Below the pieces are notes generated by a model, which worked only from the letters and a program-made list of their open reading frames with translations, did not search any database and was not told where the DNA came from. A program made the position numbers and the translations under genes. Shown here one piece after another: positions 6,981-10,895 of a DNA stretch of 10,895 nucleotides. Source of the stretch: Myxococcota bacterium (GTDB taxonomy: Bacteria > Myxococcota > JACRCW01). Position 1 is the stretch's first letter. Each line of letters opens with the position of its first letter. The stretch spans positions 1-10,895 of the forward strand of contig JBFMGU010000325.1 in assembly GCA_040752415.1 (NCBI GenBank), in the 5' to 3' direction.

Positions 6981-8162
6981 GTGCTCACGCAAATCACGCT
7001 GCAGAACTTCAAGAGTTTTGGCGTCCGGCAGGACGTCCCCCTGCGGCCGTTGACCGTGCTGGTTGGGGCGAACAATTCCGGGAAGTCGAGTTTCATGAGC
7101 GTGAGCCGGTTCATTCGGAACGTGCTTCACCTGCGTCAAGACGCGTTTGATTTGGAGGGCGGCGCGGAGGGCCTGGTGCACAGACCGCTCGCCGGAAGCG
7201 GGGAGGTGGTGGTGGGATGGACCACCGCATCGGGAGGGTATGAGAGCAGGTCGGCGTTGGCTCGTGAGGATGGTCAGATCCACCAGGAGCATGAGCGACT
7301 GTGGCATCGCGACGCCGGGGATGCCTGGGCGGTCCATAACGGCGTCATCGGCTTTGGGGGGCCCATGAGCATCGAGCCGCCCCCGCGGGTGGATGAAGCG
7401 TTCAACGGGCTCGGCTGGACGAGCCGCCTACTACGCGATGGAATCGAGAAGTTCAGGCCGTTCGAGTCGGTATGGTCGCCCGTGGAACACTCGCGCATTG
7501 TGCGTTTGGAGGTTGCTGCTCTGCGGAAGGACCCGCACGTCACCGATGTGGCCAGCGAGTTACGGGAGGATGGAGGCGGACTGCCGACGACGCTGGAACG
7601 CTGGAGAAGGGAGGCCAAGGAGCCGAAGGTCACCGGGGTGCACGAGCCCGCGATTGACCGCACGCGTTTGGAGGAATTCAAGAAGTTCTTGTGCGCGGCC
7701 ATCCCAGAGGTCATCGACGTGGTCGTCGACTTGACGCCAGACCTGCTCCACCGTCGGCTCTACGTTGTCCAACGGGACGGGCAGAAGTTTGCGGCGCCCC
7801 AGGTCTCCGACGGGGTGCTGGCCATCATGGCCATGGCCGCGCACGTATTCTCCTTGCCGCCTGGAGGGGTGCTTTTCATTGAGGAACCAGAGAATCACGT
7901 TCACCCCCTTCGGCTGCGTGCCCTGGTGGACATGCTGCGCAACGCGGTGACGACCCGGCGATGTCAGATCGTGCTGTCCACGCACTCGCCCGTGCTGCTC
8001 AATGAGTTTCGCGACGAACCTGACGCCGTACTGCTCTTTCAGCGCACGCCGGAGGGTTCCCGGGTTCGCCCCCTGGCGGAGATTCCGGAGCTGCAGGCGG
8101 AGCTGGAGGCCGTTCCCCCTGGCGAGTTGATGCAAGCGGGGTTCTTCGCGGAGGCCCGTTGA
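6981..8162 (+). CDS. ABC-type/AAA_21-like ATPase (AAA_15/OLD/AriA-like class)
   Basis: N-terminal 'ITLQNFKSF', Walker A 'GANNSGKS', signature-like 'VSDG', Walker B/D-loop 'LFIEEPENHVHP', H-loop 'LSTHSP'; no TM segments. Start reassigned to GTG 6981 with GGAGG RBS at 6971-6975. Confidence 0.92.
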   Translation: MLTQITLQNFKSFGVRQDVPLRPLTVLVGANNSGKSSFMSVSRFIRNVLHLRQDAFDLEGGAEGLVHRPLAGSGEVVVGWTTASGGYESRSALAREDGQIHQEHERLWHRDAGDAWAVHNGVIGFGGPMSIEPPPRVDEAFNGLGWTSRLLRDGIEKFRPFESVWSPVEHSRIVRLEVAALRKDPHVTDVASELREDGGGLPTTLERWRREAKEPKVTGVHEPAIDRTRLEEFKKFLCAAIPEVIDVVVDLTPDLLHRRLYVVQRDGQKFAAPQVSDGVLAIMAMAAHVFSLPPGGVLFIEEPENHVHPLRLRALVDMLRNAVTTRRCQIVLSTHSPVLLNEFRDEPDAVLLFQRTPEGSRVRPLAEIPELQAELEAVPPGELMQAGFFAEAR

Positions 8163-8764
8163 TGCTCACCGTCGCCATTGCGACTGAGTTCGACGACTAC
8201 GATGCGGAGGTGTCACGAGTGCTGCTTGAGCAGGCCTTGGCGCGTTCAGTCGTTCGATGGCAGACATCCATCCGGTTCAACGGCGACAAGTCGGTCAAGA
8301 AGCTCGCGCCGCTGTATGTCCGGCGGGCGTTGGCGGAGGGAGTCCGCCATTTCCTGTTCACCATCGACAATGATGGTGGACAGCGTCGGCGCCCACAGCA
8401 TGCACCCGAGCACGACGAGATTGCTGAGGCTGCTGATGAACGCGATGGTTGCCGTTGGTGTTGGATTTCCCGCGCCGCGCAGGTGGATTCGCCCGCAGTT
8501 CGATGCATCGCCGTTCCGGTGCAGACCATGGAGACGTGGTTGCTGGTCGCGCGTGGAGAGGCACTCAGCCCTTCACCGGAGCAGTGCTATCACCGTCCCA
8601 CGCTCAAGAAGCGCTTCTTCGGGACTCCGCTGCCTGCAACGGACGTCCGCACAAGGCTAGCGGTCGACGTCATCCGGCAACCCCATGCGCTGCACGCGCT
8701 TCGCGGGCTTCGGAGCTTCCAGTTGTTTGAAGCTCAGCTTGGGATTGAGGGGTGGCGGGGATAA
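8162..8764 (+). CDS. Hypothetical TOPRIM-like (DUF4276/RloB/DUF4435-like) protein, putative nuclease partner of the ATPase
   Basis: ATG overlaps the ATPase stop (TGATG 8160-8164), GGAGG RBS at 8150-8154; strand-then-Glu 'VAIATEFDDYD', DxD 'FTIDNDG' and 'AVPVQTMETWLL' match the E...DxD...ExWLL pattern of TOPRIM-fold partners of ABC ATPases. Family assignment is by eye. Confidence 0.7.
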   Translation: MLTVAIATEFDDYDAEVSRVLLEQALARSVVRWQTSIRFNGDKSVKKLAPLYVRRALAEGVRHFLFTIDNDGGQRRRPQHAPEHDEIAEAADERDGCRWCWISRAAQVDSPAVRCIAVPVQTMETWLLVARGEALSPSPEQCYHRPTLKKRFFGTPLPATDVRTRLAVDVIRQPHALHALRGLRSFQLFEAQLGIEGWRG

Positions 8765-8771
8765 GTGGGGC

Positions 8772-8822
8772 CCGTCAGCTCTGTCCGGCGAACTGGGCAC
8801 CTCGCGGCGCGCGTGCTGACGG
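8772..8822. terminator. Possible stem-loop between convergent genes
   Basis: CCGTCAGC (8772-8779) and GCTGACGG (8815-8822) form an 8-bp inverted repeat in the 66-bp convergent gap; the loop is large and there is no U-tract. Confidence 0.25.
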
Positions 8823-8830
8823 TAGCGGGT

Positions 8831-9775
8831 TCACGCCAGGTTGATGACGGCGCGCAGCGTGTCGCGCAGGGTGTAGTCCGGCGTGAAGCCCAGCTCCCGC
8901 GCCGCGCGTTCTCCGTCGACGAGACAGGAGTACTTGATGTGGTCCAGCTCGGGCGGCGGGAAGGTGGTGAGGCGCCAGCTCCACATGCGGTTCAGCGCGC
9001 GACGGGCCAGCGGCTCCGGCAGCGGCAGACGACGACCGCCCACCTCGTCAATGGCCATGGACAGGGGCAGCTGCCCGGGGCCGGTGAGGTTGAACACGCC
9101 GCGCACGCGCGGGGCCAGCGCCAGCTCCAGCGCCTTGGCCACGTCCTCGTCGGAGATGAGCTGCACCATGGGGTCAAAGCCCATGAGCGTGGGGATGGGA
9201 TTGAGCCGCAGGTAGTTGCTGGGCGCGTTGCGCACGCGGCCGAGGATGTGCACCGGGCGCAGGATCACCGTCTCAATGCCCGGGTGCTTCCAGAAGAAGC
9301 CCTGCGCCAGCATGTCCACCACGATGAGGTCACGCATCTCCGCGAAGCTCTGCGCGGCCAACAGCGGCGCGTCCTCGTTCAAGAAGCCGGAGGTGTCCGC
9401 GCGCGGACCGTAGACGTTGGCGGAGGACAGCACCACCACCTTCTCCACGCCGTACTTGTGGCAGTGCTCCAGGAGCCGCGTGGTGCCAATGACGTTGAAG
9501 GTGTGGTGCTCCTCCGCGCTCTGTCGCGGGTCATGCATCACGCCCAGGTGGATGACGGCGTCGGGGCGGTAGCGTCGGAAGACGTTCTCCAGCGCCTTGC
9601 GGCGGATGTCCAGCCGCATGTGGACGATGTCCTTGGCGCGCGAGGGCATGGGCCGACGATCCACGCCGACGACGTTGTGGTGCCGGTGCAGTCGTCTTGC
9701 CGTCAGCTGGCCCAGCGTCCCGGCAATGCCGGTGAGCAGCACCGTGCGACGCTTGGCCTTGTGCCCGCCCGCCAT
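8831..9775 (-). CDS. NAD-dependent epimerase/dehydratase-family (extended SDR) protein
   Basis: 'VLLTGIAGTLG' dinucleotide motif, 'DAVIHLG', 'NVIGTTRLL', 'LSSANVYG', 'ILRPVHILG', 'QLISDEDVAKAL', 'GVFNLTGPG'. Start is ATG 9775 (AAGGGG upstream) or GTG 9790 overlapping the upstream stop. Confidence 0.9.
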   Translation of the reverse strand: MAGGHKAKRRTVLLTGIAGTLGQLTARRLHRHHNVVGVDRRPMPSRAKDIVHMRLDIRRKALENVFRRYRPDAVIHLGVMHDPRQSAEEHHTFNVIGTTRLLEHCHKYGVEKVVVLSSANVYGPRADTSGFLNEDAPLLAAQSFAEMRDLIVVDMLAQGFFWKHPGIETVILRPVHILGRVRNAPSNYLRLNPIPTLMGFDPMVQLISDEDVAKALELALAPRVRGVFNLTGPGQLPLSMAIDEVGGRRLPLPEPLARRALNRMWSWRLTTFPPPELDHIKYSCLVDGERAARELGFTPDYTLRDTLRAVINLA

Positions 9776-9786
9776 GGGAGCCCCCT

Positions 9787-10680
9787 TCACAGGAACACGC
9801 GCCTACCGCGCCGCTGCAGCCCTTCCTGGATCATGCGCTGCATGGTGCTCTTCACCTGCGCCACCTTCTCGCCAATCACCTCGTCCTCGTCGTTGGGGTC
9901 CCCTTCAAAGTGCATGGGGTCGCCGAACTCGATGTAGTAGCGGGCGGGCAGGGGGATGGGCAGCACCGTGGCGGTGACGGGGAACGCGGGCATGCGCAAC
10001 GCGCGCGCCACGCCCTTGAGGTTGGCAAACGCCACCGCCTGCTCCTCGTGCCCCACAATGGCCACCGGCACGACGGGCGTGCGCGTCTCCAAGGCCAGCC
10101 GCATGAACCCCAGGCCGAAGTCCTGCAGGTGGTAGCGCTGGTTCCACAGCTTGCTGATGCCCTTGGCGCCCTCGGGGAAGACCAGCACGCACTCGTCGGC
10201 GTTCAGCAGGCGGCGACAGCTGTCCGGCTCCCCGATGATCTGCCCGCAGCGCGCGAAGAGCGTGCCCACCCAGGGCAGGTCGCCGGCCCAGCGCTCCACC
10301 ATGGCGCGCGCAATGCGCGGCACCGGTCGCTCCGCCAGCACGGACATGATGACCATGGCTCCGTCGAGCGGGAGCTGGCCGCCGTGGTTGGCCACCAGCA
10401 GCACACGCCCGTCGGGGATCTTGTCCGCGCCGCGCTGCTGCACGCGGAAGTAGTGCTTGTAGAGCCACCACGCGGGGCCCACGCAGACCTTGGCCGTCTC
10501 GGGGTTGAACCCGAAGGGGTCCACGCCAAACTCGTTGAGGTTGGAGCGGTCCAGTGCGTCCAGGCGGCTGATGAGCCGGTCGTCGAGCATGGAGAGGAGC
10601 AACGCGCGGCTGATGTCACCCAGGTCCGTCCCGCCGCGGGGACGCCCCACCGCCTTCATGCCCGTTGTGGTCAGCGACAC
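9787..10680 (-). CDS. Lysophospholipid/glycerol acyltransferase (PlsC superfamily)
   Basis: 'LLVANHGGQLPLDG' catalytic His...Asp block, 'VLVFPEGAKG', 'GFMRLALETRTPVVPVAIVGHEE', N-terminal 'NEFGVDPFGF'. Start is GTG 10680 (GGAGG 5 nt upstream) or GTG 10695 overlapping the upstream stop. Confidence 0.92.
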   Translation of the reverse strand: MSLTTTGMKAVGRPRGGTDLGDISRALLLSMLDDRLISRLDALDRSNLNEFGVDPFGFNPETAKVCVGPAWWLYKHYFRVQQRGADKIPDGRVLLVANHGGQLPLDGAMVIMSVLAERPVPRIARAMVERWAGDLPWVGTLFARCGQIIGEPDSCRRLLNADECVLVFPEGAKGISKLWNQRYHLQDFGLGFMRLALETRTPVVPVAIVGHEEQAVAFANLKGVARALRMPAFPVTATVLPIPLPARYYIEFGDPMHFEGDPNDEDEVIGEKVAQVKSTMQRMIQEGLQRRGRRVFL

Positions 10681-10691
10681 GGATGCCTCCG

Positions 10692-10895
10692 TCACTGCAT
10701 CGTGGCAACCGCCACACCCAACGCGGTCAGCCCGAGCAGCACCAGCACCACCGCACCATAGACCAGGTAGTCCGCGCCGCCCTTCACCTTGGGAGGAGCC
10801 TCGTCGTTGGCGGCGGCGTCACCGCCGTCACCACCTTCCGCGGGCGCGCCCTCACCACCTTCCGCCGGGGCTCCCTCGGCGGGCGCGGCTTCTCC
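10692..10895 (-). CDS. Partial CDS (3' end): acidic low-complexity linker plus C-terminal transmembrane helix
   Basis: Not in the ORF track; open frame from the window edge to TGA at 10692-10694 translates GEAAPAEGAPAEGGEGAPAEGGDGGDAAANDEAPPKVKGGADYLVYGAVVLVLLGLTALGVAVATMQ*; the stop abuts or overlaps the acyltransferase start region. Confidence 0.75.
   Translation of the reverse strand, partial: GEAAPAEGAPAEGGEGAPAEGGDGGDAAANDEAPPKVKGGADYLVYGAVVLVLLGLTALGVAVATMQ

Noticed and set aside
6913..7053. Short ORF starting at the TGATG overlap with the GMC stop
   Set aside because: Overlaps the ATPase start out of frame, has atypical codons and covers the probable promoter and RBS.
4667..7114. 815-aa antisense ORF opposite the GMC operon (also 579..2189 +, 3835..5274 +, 8765..9937 +, 9910..10761 +)
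   Set aside because: Shadow ORFs of real genes caused by strong G/C third-position bias; His/Arg/Ala-rich with no recognisable motifs.
6981..8162. Calling the ATPase RecF, SMC or an ABC transporter subunit
   Set aside because: Too short for an SMC coiled coil, no permease nearby and no dnaN/gyrB context; its coupled partner is TOPRIM-like.
6931..8790. CTGTTCCGGCG (6931-6941) and CTGTCCGGCG (8781-8790) as a target-site duplication around the ATPase cassette
   Set aside because: Short, needs an indel, and TCCGGCG recurs elsewhere in the window (e.g. near 2277), so chance is likely.

Overview
High-GC bacterial window; gene content and style suggest Myxococcota or a related lineage (inference). 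From left to right: (i) a palindrome-rich non-coding stretch (~100-380); (ii) a minus-strand operon of a type III polyketide synthase and an ICMT-family methyltransferase; (iii) an intergenic region with an FNR/CRP-like box abutting a second palindrome, plus a 49-bp inverted repeat (45/49 matched) built from C/T-rich hexamers; (iv) a ~14-TM membrane protein with a central spermidine-synthase-like SAM-fold domain; (v) a divergent Tat-exported gluconate-2-dehydrogenase-subunit-3-like protein and a GMC flavoprotein whose canonical His/Asn catalytic pair appears to be replaced; (vi) a compositionally distinct two-gene cassette, an ABC/AAA_21-type ATPase translationally coupled to a small TOPRIM-like protein with an H-x3-H...C-x2-C insert, which is the best candidate for an uncharacterised PARIS-like anti-phage system; (vii) a convergent minus-strand operon of a partial tail-anchored protein, a PlsC-family acyltransferase and an extended SDR lacking YxxxK. 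No rRNA, tRNA, CRISPR array or transposase was recognised. All calls are by-eye motif recognition; no database searches were run.
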